In this document: piece by piece, positions 1 to 9,041 of the stretch | How the letters are laid out: every line of letters starts with the position of its first letter | Numbering within the stretch: the stretch's first letter is position 1 | Source of the DNA: a virus | Taxonomy: Duplodnaviria; Caudoviricetes | DNA length: 64,000 nucleotides | Strand: one strand, 5' to 3' | Virus record (IMG/VR): IMGVR_UViG_3300026549_000046 | Span: 1 to 64,000 of that record | Position numbers and translations under genes: made by a program | Notes under the pieces: generated by a model | What the model saw: only the letters and a program-made list of their open reading frames with translations | Databases searched by the model: none | Told to the model about the DNA's origin: nothing

Positions 1-234
1 AGATACCTAAGTTGAAATTATCAGATAGTTATATTACAAATTGTATATGCAAAATTGATGAGCCACCGTAACAGGAGAAAGGTCAATTTCTAACTGATTA
101 CTTGCAAGAATTTCAATATGGTAAAGATGTATTCCAGACTACAACATACAAAGTTTGGCGGAAGTAAAAACAGACCTAGTATCCGAGAATAATAGGCCGT
201 TCTTTGTTTGGTTACAGTAATGTAAAGTAGTAAG
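1..234 (+). mobile_element. 3' part of a putative group I self-splicing intron inserted in a tRNA anticodon loop (5' part lies outside the window)
   Basis: S-element-like AAGATGTATTCC (124-135) followed by AGACTAC. ACTAC can pair with GTAGT (227-231, P9.0-like). The terminal G at 234 abuts a clean tRNA 3' half. Confidence 0.6.
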
Positions 235-271
235 AATCTGTAGGTTGTAGGTTCGAATCCTATCTGAGCCA
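235..271 (+). tRNA. tRNA 3' exon (positions 37-73); anticodon probably NNU, e.g. Met/Ile CAU
   Basis: AA TCTGT AGGTT GTAGG-TTCGAAT-CCTAT CTGAGCC A = positions 37-38, anticodon stem 3' strand, variable loop, T-arm, acceptor 3' strand and discriminator. No 5' half lies directly upstream. Confidence 0.75.
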
Positions 272-278
272 CTGTTTA

Positions 279-322
279 AATGGAAATTCAGTCTTTTTAG
301 ACTGGGTTTCCATTATTTTTTT
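279..322 (+). terminator. Intrinsic terminator
   Basis: Hairpin AATGGAAATTCAGTCT-TTTT-AGACTGGGTTTCCATT followed by a T tract, directly after the tRNA. Confidence 0.75.
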
Positions 323-405
323 AATAATTTTTGGAAGTGTATTGATACTATCTTATATATTAAAAATAAAAAACTAGAACAATTACAACAAGAATTTGAT
401 AAATT

Positions 406-816
406 ATGACAGAAGAAGAAAAATCTATACTATTCAAAGACCTTTGTGCAAGATTACCATATCATCCAATAGTATATATAGATGAAAATTTGCCACGTCT
501 TCGACTTGGTGTAGCAACAAGAGTTTGGGAATATGTTGCTATAGATAAACCATGTAAACCATATCTTCGTTCAATATCTTCAATGACTAAAAAAGAGGTT
601 GACGAGCTATTTCACATTCTTAAAATCAATGAAGAAAATCCTAAGGAATGGCTTAAGGTCAATGATATTGGTATAATTAGACTCTTTACTGAAGAGGGAA
701 AGGATTTTTATGAAATAGCAGAAGCTATTGATTATTTGAATTCCATACATATTGATTATCGTGGACTAATTGAGTTAGATCTTGCTATTGAAGCACCAAA
801 AGATATGTATAAATAA
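406..816 (+). CDS. Hypothetical phage protein, paralog family A
   Basis: KDLCARLPY...PYLRSISSMT...IDYRGLIELDLAIEAPKDMYK shared with 830 and 14142. Confidence 0.85.
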   Translation: MTEEEKSILFKDLCARLPYHPIVYIDENLPRLRLGVATRVWEYVAIDKPCKPYLRSISSMTKKEVDELFHILKINEENPKEWLKVNDIGIIRLFTEEGKDFYEIAEAIDYLNSIHIDYRGLIELDLAIEAPKDMYK

Positions 817-829
817 ATAAAATTAAGTT

Positions 830-1255
830 ATGGAACAAGAAGATAAAGAACTATTATTAAAAGATTTATGTGCAAGATTGCCTTATGGAGTTAAGATAGA
901 ATTGATGCCAATTATAAAAGGTAAATGTACGGTATTAACTCCAATACTATTACGGGATTATTTTATATCTGATGATGTTAACTATCTTCCGTATCTCCGT
1001 CCAATGTCAAGTATGACTGAGGAAGAGTGCGATAAAGTTGAAGAAATACTTGGCAATGATTGTATATTCGACTTTATGGGTAATGGTGATATTGTCTTAC
1101 ATAAAGGAAATTTCACTCAAAAAACACTATCTAAATTATATGATTTCTACAATTCCATACATGTAGATTATCATACTGATGACGAAGGTAGGACAATGAT
1201 TGAAAAAGGTCTTGCTATCGAAGTAACAGAAGACAATAACCCTTATAAAGAATGA
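830..1255 (+). CDS. Hypothetical phage protein, paralog family A
   Basis: KDLCARLPYG...PYLRPMSSMTEEE...IEKGLAIE. Confidence 0.85.
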   Translation: MEQEDKELLLKDLCARLPYGVKIELMPIIKGKCTVLTPILLRDYFISDDVNYLPYLRPMSSMTEEECDKVEEILGNDCIFDFMGNGDIVLHKGNFTQKTLSKLYDFYNSIHVDYHTDDEGRTMIEKGLAIEVTEDNNPYKE

Positions 1256-1620
1256 ATAAAATTTGCACCACAATAGAACAATCCAAAAAACTCTTAGAGT
1301 TGGAGATTGATATTAATACTGCGGATATATGGTGGAATTGTCGTGGAGCAATTTGTGCACCTTTAATGTATTGTGAATATCCAACATGCGAGAAAAGAAC
1401 AGAAAAGGATATTCCTGCTTGGAGTCTTACTGCATTACTTAAATATTTAAGTGAAATAAAATCTCAAGAATATACTCCAATTTTATTCCCAACTGAAGGT
1501 AAATGGATATTACAGTTTTTAGAATATGGACGTGGTAATGTATGGGAGGTATCTTGTGACAATCCTATCGATGCTTGTGTAAAGATGATATTAAAGTTAC
1601 ATAAATTTAATTTATTATGA
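1252..1620 (+). CDS. Hypothetical phage protein, paralog family B
   Basis: TTIEQSKKL...AD...PAWSLTALL...NPIDAC; ATGA overlap with the previous gene. Confidence 0.85.
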   Translation: MNKICTTIEQSKKLLELEIDINTADIWWNCRGAICAPLMYCEYPTCEKRTEKDIPAWSLTALLKYLSEIKSQEYTPILFPTEGKWILQFLEYGRGNVWEVSCDNPIDACVKMILKLHKFNLL

Positions 1621-1994
1621 AAAGTTTTACAACAGTAGAACAAAGCAAAATGTTGGCAAAGATACTGTCACTTGAAAGTGCTGATATGTTCTTGGCGATA
1701 AATGGAACTCTCCCTGTAATGTCTAAATATATTGATGATGGATTTGTTACGGCAGATAATACTGCTATTCCATGTTGGAGTCTTTCAGCATTGCTTAGTC
1801 TTATTCCACAAGAAATATTTGATGGTGAATATATTATCAATATTACAGAGGGATGTGATAATAAATGGATATTAACCTATGACCACCACGAGAATAGAAA
1901 TCACTCATATTATGGGCTTTCCACTGGTGCTGATAATCTTGTTGATGCTTGTACGGATATTATCATTAAACTTAAAGAAAGAAATATTATATGA
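1617..1994 (+). CDS. Hypothetical phage protein, paralog family B
   Basis: TTVEQSKML...ESADM...PCWSLSALL...LVDAC. Confidence 0.85.
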   Translation: MKSFTTVEQSKMLAKILSLESADMFLAINGTLPVMSKYIDDGFVTADNTAIPCWSLSALLSLIPQEIFDGEYIINITEGCDNKWILTYDHHENRNHSYYGLSTGADNLVDACTDIIIKLKERNII

Positions 1995-2386
1995 GAAGTT
2001 ATACAGACATAAAACAATCAAAAGCCCTTAGCGAGATACTACCGATTGAAAGTGCGGATATGCACTATAACAATGCATCTATTAAAGGAATAAATTATGC
2101 AGATGAATATAGAGCAGAACTTATGGATTACAATACCGCACAGAAAGTTTTGTCTAAGTATTTAATAAATCCGATGTTTGGAATCATCCCTTGTTGGTCG
2201 CTTGCAAGTTTGCTTAGTGTTTTACCTGATGGTACAGACATAGTGAAAGATAAGGCAGATACAGAAAATGAAAAATATATGTGCACTGTGGGGGTAAAAG
2301 ATGATATTATATCCACATTTGGTAAGAATCCTGTTGATGCTTGCTATGAAATGATATTAAAACTGAAAGAAAATAATTTATTATAA
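1991..2386 (+). CDS. Hypothetical phage protein, paralog family B
   Basis: TDIKQSKAL...ESADMHY...PCWSLASLL...NPVDACYEMILKL. Confidence 0.85.
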   Translation: MRSYTDIKQSKALSEILPIESADMHYNNASIKGINYADEYRAELMDYNTAQKVLSKYLINPMFGIIPCWSLASLLSVLPDGTDIVKDKADTENEKYMCTVGVKDDIISTFGKNPVDACYEMILKLKENNLL

Positions 2387-2388
2387 TA

Positions 2389-2667
2389 ATGGAAATTTCA
2401 TTTAGAAAATTAACTCAGCTCTTTCCTACAGATACAATGTGGGTTGATGGGTGTGCCGAGATTGTTGGCTATTCACCGAAAGAAAACCTTCATATTGTTA
2501 TTGATGATGGCAGTTGTGTATCAAATGATGGTGAATATTATGTCCATAAATATAAGCCATCTAATCCAGAAGAACATTTTATGAATTGGAATCGTGGAGA
2601 ATATCCTTTAAAATATATCGGAGAAAATAAAATATTTGAAGGATGGGTAGATTTTAATGATAAATAA
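2389..2667 (+). CDS. Hypothetical protein
   Basis: Tightly packed ORF within the operon. Confidence 0.75.
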   Translation: MEISFRKLTQLFPTDTMWVDGCAEIVGYSPKENLHIVIDDGSCVSNDGEYYVHKYKPSNPEEHFMNWNRGEYPLKYIGENKIFEGWVDFNDK

Positions 2668-2669
2668 CT

Positions 2670-3074
2670 ATGGCAATAATTAAAAGTTTTACCTCACTGG
2701 AACAGTCAAAAAAGTTGGCAGAAATACTGCCACTTGAAAGTGCGGATATGCACTATACAGGACATCAAAGTATAATCAATCCTAAAGAGTGGGAATATGA
2801 AGCTATGCCTAATATTAGGGGTAAGTATATTTCTTTTGATGATAAAAGAATATTCTACCCTTGTTGGAGTCTTGCAGCATTGCTTAATGTTATTCCTAAA
2901 CGTATTAAGGATTATAATGTTTTAAGGATTGACATTAGTGATAATGATTTTGCCGTTTGGTATGATGAGATAGGCTATGGCGTTAATAATGATTTACCAG
3001 ATATAACAAAGGAATCTGCTATTGATGCTTGCTACGAAATGATTATCAAACTTCATAAGCAGGAACTTTTATAA
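2670..3074 (+). CDS. Hypothetical phage protein, paralog family B
   Basis: TSLEQSKKL...ESADMHY...PCWSLAALL...IDACYEMIIKL. Confidence 0.85.
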   Translation: MAIIKSFTSLEQSKKLAEILPLESADMHYTGHQSIINPKEWEYEAMPNIRGKYISFDDKRIFYPCWSLAALLNVIPKRIKDYNVLRIDISDNDFAVWYDEIGYGVNNDLPDITKESAIDACYEMIIKLHKQELL

Positions 3075-3076
3075 TT

Positions 3077-3505
3077 ATGAAAATAAAAAAGAAAACATTT
3101 TCTACTGTATTGTATGACTTATATAGAGATGATTATCAATCACATATAGAAGTCGATAGGGAATATTGGTATTATTTTGCTAAAGGAAATGAAATTGCTG
3201 ATAAATATGGTAGTGGATTTTATAAAATAAAGATAACTTACATTCGTAGTGGTTGTTTATTTTATATATTCCCAGACCATAAAGATGTTGCAGAGCAATT
3301 TTGTCCAGTAAACTGTTTTATGGCATCACAGTTCGAATTTGCCGAAATAAACCCTATAGAAGATTTAAAGATAATGAATTCTATTAAAGATAATATTCTT
3401 TATAGATTTGATGATACAAGAACAATCGTAAAGAACTGGGATAATACTGAATATGCTGATGTAGACGAAAGAAAACTAGAGCTAGCAACACTTTTACAAT
3501 TATGA
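3077..3505 (+). CDS. Hypothetical protein
   Basis: Packed ORF, 142 aa. Confidence 0.75.
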   Translation: MKIKKKTFSTVLYDLYRDDYQSHIEVDREYWYYFAKGNEIADKYGSGFYKIKITYIRSGCLFYIFPDHKDVAEQFCPVNCFMASQFEFAEINPIEDLKIMNSIKDNILYRFDDTRTIVKNWDNTEYADVDERKLELATLLQL

Positions 3506-3531
3506 CATAAGAACAAAAAACTATTGTAATT

Positions 3532-3756
3532 ATGGGGAAATGTATATTTGAAAATGTCTGTGATAGAAGTTGGTGTAGATTATATTCCTTTGAATGTATT
3601 GATGGGCAAATTTATAAACCAAAAACAAATAATGAGCAATCTAAAACAAGATGCTTTCAATGTGACAAATGGGGATGTTCTCATAGAAATCTAAAAACTG
3701 ACGACTGTGACTTGGAAAAATATGAAACACATATAACTAGCAAAATTGAATATTAA
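3532..3756 (+). CDS. Small Cys-rich protein
   Basis: 74 aa with multiple Cys including CxxC. Confidence 0.65.
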   Translation: MGKCIFENVCDRSWCRLYSFECIDGQIYKPKTNNEQSKTRCFQCDKWGCSHRNLKTDDCDLEKYETHITSKIEY

Positions 3757-3758
3757 TT

Positions 3759-4625
3759 ATGAAAGAACTATCAATTGAACAAAAAGCTCAAAGATATGAT
3801 GAGGCTATTGACATAGCAAGAAAAATAAATAGTGGCGAAGGTGTTGCAGCTCCTTCAGGTTGGACTACTTGTGAAGTTATCTTTCCTGAACTCAAAGAGA
3901 ACGAGGATGAGAAAATAAGAAAAGCACTAATTAGAGCATTTAAGTCCTTGAATACTATTAAAGTTTGGAATGGCATTGAACGCACTGATATTCTTGCTTG
4001 GCTTGAAAAGCAAGGTGAGCAAAAGCCATTATTTAAGAAAGGTGATACAGTCTTTTGGGATGGTGAAGAATTTGATATACTTGATGTTACAAAAGATTCT
4101 TATGATGTTGGTGGATATATTATCCCTATATGTAGACAGAACGAGTTATTGTTAAAACAAAAGCCTGCTGATAAGGTGGAACCAAAGTTTAGAATTGGAG
4201 ATTTTGTTAAAAATACAAATTATCAGGGTGAACCTATTTATGAAATTGTATATATGGATAAAGAATGCTATATATGCGAGTATCGTGGTAAAGAAAATAT
4301 GGGTGATAAAACGGTAATGCACGTTGCATTTGATAATCCATATTTAAGACTTGTTGAGCAGAAACTTGCTTGGAGTGAAGAGGATGAAACAAGATTAACC
4401 AACATTATCATTATGCTTAAAGAAGGGGCAAGTCACCACTTTATAAAAGACGATATAACAAAAGCAGTTGACTGGCTAAAATCGCTCAGACCACAGAACA
4501 CTTGGAAGCCGAGTGATGAGCAGATTAAGGCATTACATGATTTAAATCTTACTGGAAATATATCTTATCCAAGACAAGGACAAGAACTTATTGATTTGTA
4601 TAACGAATTAAAGAAACTAAAATAA
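3759..4625 (+). CDS. Modular hypothetical protein, paralog family C
   Basis: AWLEKQGEQK linker shared with 14907; two SH3/KOW-like modules (FKKGDTV, FRIGDFV); WSEED/WKPSDEQ helical modules. Confidence 0.8.
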   Translation: MKELSIEQKAQRYDEAIDIARKINSGEGVAAPSGWTTCEVIFPELKENEDEKIRKALIRAFKSLNTIKVWNGIERTDILAWLEKQGEQKPLFKKGDTVFWDGEEFDILDVTKDSYDVGGYIIPICRQNELLLKQKPADKVEPKFRIGDFVKNTNYQGEPIYEIVYMDKECYICEYRGKENMGDKTVMHVAFDNPYLRLVEQKLAWSEEDETRLTNIIIMLKEGASHHFIKDDITKAVDWLKSLRPQNTWKPSDEQIKALHDLNLTGNISYPRQGQELIDLYNELKKLK

Positions 4626-5102
4626 TAAAGTTGTGACAACAGAAATAATGATAAAGCCATTTCCTTCCACAAGAAAAGATAAAGGATTTTATGCATATAT
4701 CCACTATGACAACTGGACTAAACAAGTCACTTGTGAAGGTAAGACAGAACAAGAAGCATATAATAAAGCAGTAAAATATTGTAATCAAAATAATATAAAA
4801 CTATGACAAAAAAAGAAAAACAAGAATTGAAAGCCAGTGATTATGCTATTAATCATTACGAGAGTGATAAGACATATACAAGTCTTGAAGTTCATAAAAT
4901 GCTATGCGATGCTTATATAGCTGGAAATAACGATTTGGAGAGATGACATTCACATTGCATATTTCTACAGATTCAAAGCGCAAGGACATCAAGGAAAGAT
5001 GCTGTGAAGTTCTTGCGGAGTTCCTAAAGAAAGAAGGTTATTTCTCTGTTGAGTTTTCCCCAAAAGAGATAGATATTGATAAATTAGGTAAAGCATAAAG
5101 TT

Positions 5103-5330
5103 ATGAAAGCAAACGAAGCACCAGAGAAATTATATTTATCTGATTTTACAGATACTACAGAATCAGTGTTTTATGTAAAACAAGACAATACAAAGAAAAC
5201 TGATATTGAGTACATCCGCAAGGATGCCTTTGTTGAGAAAGCTGAAGCATGGCCAATAAAAAATCAAAAAGGATTTATTTTAACTGATAAAGATATAACA
5301 GATTTTAAATACTTTATGAAAGGAAAGTAA
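5103..5330 (+). CDS. Hypothetical protein
   Basis: ORF with A-rich leader (APEKLYL...EYIRKDAFVEKA). Confidence 0.7.
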   Translation: MKANEAPEKLYLSDFTDTTESVFYVKQDNTKKTDIEYIRKDAFVEKAEAWPIKNQKGFILTDKDITDFKYFMKGK

Positions 5331-5474
5331 TTATATGGCAAAAAAAGGTAAACGTAAGTTTAAAAGGTGCTGCTATAACTGTAAATATAGGTGGGCTGAC
5401 TGTAAAGAAATATTTAAAGTAGGGGTTTGTGATAAGTTTAAATTTGATTCAATATGTAAATCAATGTAAAAAAT

Positions 5475-5945
5475 ATGACACAGTATATAGACAAGGCTGC
5501 TGTAATGGCGGAGATAGAGGCACGTTATAATGAATGCCTGAAACGGGCTAAAATAATTGATGCTGAATATTGGAATGGCAAGACTGATGCTTATCGTGAT
5601 ATGTTGGTTGTTCTCGACACCTTTGAAGTGAAAGAGGTGGACTTAGAAAAAGAAATAGAAGAGTATCTATCTATATATTGGCCAAATGAAAAAGAGTTGC
5701 ATCCGTTTTTAGGGCACATGGCTAAACAATTCTTTGAACTTGGACTATCTTATTCTGTTGATGAATCTATCGTCAGAAAAATAGTAGACTTATACTTTGA
5801 AGCAAGTAAACACTACGATGAAGTCATTAAACAAGAAAGATATAGAACTGGAGGCTCACAACTTGCTATTGACATTCTTGATGGTTCTAAGGATATGAAA
5901 GAACTATGTGTACAATATGTATTAAATAAAGTAACTAAACTTTAA
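5475..5945 (+). CDS. Hypothetical protein
   Basis: 156 aa ORF with A-rich leader. Confidence 0.75.
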   Translation: MTQYIDKAAVMAEIEARYNECLKRAKIIDAEYWNGKTDAYRDMLVVLDTFEVKEVDLEKEIEEYLSIYWPNEKELHPFLGHMAKQFFELGLSYSVDESIVRKIVDLYFEASKHYDEVIKQERYRTGGSQLAIDILDGSKDMKELCVQYVLNKVTKL

Positions 5946-6192
5946 CAATATGTTAATTATTAAAATTATAATAGGAGCATTAATATTATCTGGCATAGTT
6001 GGATTAATATTATTTATATATGAGATTATAACTGCTCCAACATATCCATCTAATTATGATTTATAAACGATATGAATATTGGTCTAAAGAAGGAAAAGTT
6101 TGGACAAATTGGTTTAATTGGAATTCTGATTTAAAACCAGAACTTCAAATGGATGATAAAAGAGTATTTTGTAAATTAAAAAACGAATATAA

Positions 6193-6429
6193 ATGAAAAT
6201 ATTTATACAAGTAATAGATACTAAAACAGCTATTTATCAAACTGGAATGATTGAGGAATCAGTACTTCCTGGTTTAGAAATAGAAAATGCTTTAAAACAT
6301 TTTGGAATTATTTATGGAGAAGTAACTTGGAATTATTGCTTTACTAATCGAGATGTTATTAACACTCCAAACTTTCTTATTGGATATATAGAAGGAACAA
6401 GTAAAATTATAAGTGTTGTATCAATATGA
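6193..6429 (+). CDS. Hypothetical protein
   Basis: ORF overlapping the next gene by ATGA. Confidence 0.65.
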   Translation: MKIFIQVIDTKTAIYQTGMIEESVLPGLEIENALKHFGIIYGEVTWNYCFTNRDVINTPNFLIGYIEGTSKIISVVSI

Positions 6430-6728
6430 GTAAAATAGTATTTATAAAAGAAAATTCTCCAGAAGTAAGGAAAAAACTCGAAGACTCTGGATATTCAGTT
6501 TGTATTTGTGCTTCGTTTGAAGATTCCATTTGGCTGAGTTATCATCCAGAGGGCGAGTTTCCTTTTGATATTCATGGGGAAGGATACTGTGATGATGAAG
6601 ATTTAGATAAAATCTATTCTCCATTAGAACGTATACAGAGGAATCTTTCAAAAGAAGGCCAATATAGCAATGAAAGGGAATTCTATAATATGGTTGAAGA
6701 ATTTTTAGAACACTATCCTCAACCATAG
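6426..6728 (+). CDS. Hypothetical protein (ends in TAG; a short extension to a TAA would follow if TAG is read as Gln)
   Basis: 100 aa ORF, coupled start. Confidence 0.7.
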   Translation: MSKIVFIKENSPEVRKKLEDSGYSVCICASFEDSIWLSYHPEGEFPFDIHGEGYCDDEDLDKIYSPLERIQRNLSKEGQYSNEREFYNMVEEFLEHYPQP

Positions 6729-6872
6729 GTTGTGTACGACCAACCTTCTAACATTAGTTAGTAAAACGATCGTTGATTGGGGCCAGCTCTTAACAAAATT
6801 GAGCGGAGAGTGCTGCCTTCTCTGGTACAAGGTAAGGGTATTAGAACTGGAGACAACCTCCAGTTTATTTTA
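6727..6872 (+). ncRNA. Putative structured RNA ending in a terminator-like hairpin
   Basis: GC-richer intergenic stretch with AGGTTG/CAACCT, TTCTAA/TTAGAA, GCTC/GAGC, GGAGAG/TTCTCT and AACTGGAG/CTCCAGTT plus T tract. Confidence 0.4.
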
Positions 6873-7136
6873 ACTTTAATGATATGAAATTAAGAATACT
6901 AAAAAAGAAAAATCCAGATAAATTACAAAGAATTTGGATTAAACATTTAAAAGAATGGATTAAGTTAAATACAGAATATAAATCCATAAAAAGACAATAT
7001 ATTCAATTTTGTAAAGAAAAATTATCTACATAAATATAATTATCGGATTAAAGAAAATTTTGAATTTTAACAAAATTTAAATAATATAATCTATTATAAT
7101 AGATAATTTTATTTTAACGTTAAAAATTTAAAATTT

Positions 7137-8096
7137 ATGAATGAATTAGTTTCAAAAAATCCTATTTAGAGATTTAAATAGGGTAAAAAGATTGTTAAAG
7201 CTCAATTTGGAAATATCATAAATCAAGCTTTAAATTATGATCTTAAACCAAAAGTAAAGTAGGCTGTACATTGGGCTATGGATAGTGGTTTTCCTGGTAG
7301 TGCTATTAGCACAGCTGCAGCAGCCTATTTTAGACCACAACGTAGAGCTTTTACGGCTAATGAAAATAGAAATTTAGCATTAAAAAAACTAAGAGATGCT
7401 GGACGTATAGACGAAAATAACAAGTGGATACAAACAAATCCAAAAGCCACAACAACAGTTACTTCTAGAACTTCAACTCCTAGAACTTCAAAGCCTTCTA
7501 CAGTTTCTAGAACTTCAAGACCCTCTGTAGCTCCAAATTATTATGCTACAAGAGAGTATGTGGGTAAAATTCCAGTATCTGGATTAAATTCTAGAGATGC
7601 TGTCTTAAAGCTTTAGAAAGAAATAGGAATGACAGGTAAAGATTTAGATGGAATTTGGGGAGATAAAACTTAGGCAGCTTATGACAAATATAAGAGAGAT
7701 TAGCTTTTTTCAGAAGCAAGTGCTATAAAAGCTTCTCCACTATCTTTAGTTGAAAATCATAATATTAATCCAAATGATTTTGTATCATCAATTGGAGGAA
7801 AACCAACTGTTGAATCTATTTCTACTCACCCTGTTGTTACTTAGTATGACCGTTCTGGAACTCGTGATTGGATTACAAATAGATTAGGACATAATCCTTA
7901 TGAATATACAGGTGCTCAAAGAAGAGCCTTACGTTATTGGTTAAATGGAGATAAAGACGGATAGAACTATGATAAAAATCTTCTTGGAGTCTTTGGTAAT
8001 TTAAGTTAGTATGCTAAACAAGGAGCCAAATTAGTTTCGAAAAATCCTGTTTAGAGGTTTAAAACTAAATAGAATGGACATCTAAATTTTAGGTAA
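7137..8096 (+). CDS. TAG-recoded (Gln) 319 aa protein with peptidoglycan-binding-like motif; probable late/virion-associated protein
   Basis: One frame from ATG 7137 to TAA 8094-8096 interrupted only by 11 TAG. VLKL*KEIG...DLDGIWGDKT*AAY matches the PG_binding_1 pattern. LVSKNP(I/V)*RFK occurs at both termini. Confidence 0.85.
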
Positions 8097-8196
8097 GAGG
8101 AACCACAGATATTCCAGAATATCTAAAATCTTTGAATACTGGATATAAAATGATTAAATGGAAATAATTTTTTTGAAATAATTTAAAAATCTCATT

Positions 8197-8577
8197 ATGG
8201 AACAAATGTTTAATATTCCAGCAATTAAGTATATATTAAGAAGTACTGGAGAAGAAGTAGAAGTTATTGATTTTGAAAATAAGGAAAGAGGAGACAGAAC
8301 TGAATTTGATTGGGTAAGTTATATTGACTCTAAAGGTAAAGAACATATTAAAGAAAAATTGAACATTCAATTTGATTTTAAACCTCAATCAACAGATATT
8401 TTTCAAAAAGTATTTAATGCTCCAGTATTTAAAGGTATGGCTACTGAAAGAAATCGAAGAATATTTGAGGTAGCTAAGGAACTTTATCTAAGTGGTGATA
8501 AATATAGTATAAATGAAGCTGTAGAAGTAGCTACTAATCTTGTTGATAAAGTTGGAATAGAATTTGAAGAAAAATAA
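8197..8577 (+). CDS. Hypothetical protein
   Basis: 126 aa ORF. Confidence 0.8.
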   Translation: MEQMFNIPAIKYILRSTGEEVEVIDFENKERGDRTEFDWVSYIDSKGKEHIKEKLNIQFDFKPQSTDIFQKVFNAPVFKGMATERNRRIFEVAKELYLSGDKYSINEAVEVATNLVDKVGIEFEEK

Positions 8578-8674
8578 TCCTTTTCGGGTAAGGTTAAGCA
8601 GAACCTGCGAGTTGAGATAAATAATCAATCAAAGTTTATTTCAGAAGCACCTATTGCTTTAGTATAGGTAAACC

Positions 8675-8812
8675 TTTATTAATATCGCTAGTCGTAAGAA
8701 CTCCTGTTAGTTTCCGCAGCCGAAGTTCTAAAACATATCTGGTAAAAAGACTTGTGTGGTACCTTGAGTATCTATGAGAAGAGAAACTGAAGCAAGTCAT
8801 ATTATTAATAAA
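8675..8812 (+). ncRNA. Putative structured RNA (two arms plus loop-loop pairing)
   Basis: Closing helix TTTATTAATA/TATTAATAAA; arms AGAACT/AGTTCT and GACTTG/CAAGTC; internal TAGTTTC (8708) pairs with GAAACTG (8783). Confidence 0.45.
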
Positions 8813-8849
8813 AATCTGCAAAGCTAGGTAGAGGAAGTCCTAGCAAATT

Positions 8850-8923
8850 GCTGGCGTAGCTTAAGGAGTAGAAGCACCATCCTTATAAGATGGAGATAGT
8901 TGGTGCAAGTCCAACGGCCAGTA
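8850..8923 (+). tRNA. tRNA-Ile(UAU)
   Basis: Cloverleaf; anticodon arm CCATC-CT TAT AA-GATGG; T-arm GTTGG-TGCAAGT-CCAAC; one G-G mismatch at acceptor pair 7. Confidence 0.85.
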
Positions 8924-8927
8924 CTAA

Positions 8928-9036
8928 AATAATCCTAAACACTTAGCAGCTGTGTAGAGAATACACTAGGAAGAGTGCTCAACTATGGCATCTATAGACC
9001 ATCAAACTGCTCGTGGGATATGTTGAGAGGATTATT
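8928..9036 (+). ncRNA. Putative structured RNA (two arms plus pseudoknot)
   Basis: AATAATCCT/AGGATTATT closing helix; CACT/AGTG, GTGTA/TACAC, CTCAAC/GTTGAG, ATGG/CCAT; AGCAG (8945) pairs with CTGCT (9007). Confidence 0.5.
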
Positions 9037-9041
9037 AAAAT

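Noticed and set aside
8641-8672. IS200/IS605-like end hairpin (GAAGCACCTATTGCTTTAGTATAGGTA)
   Set aside because: Only superficial resemblance; no tnpA/tnpB nearby.
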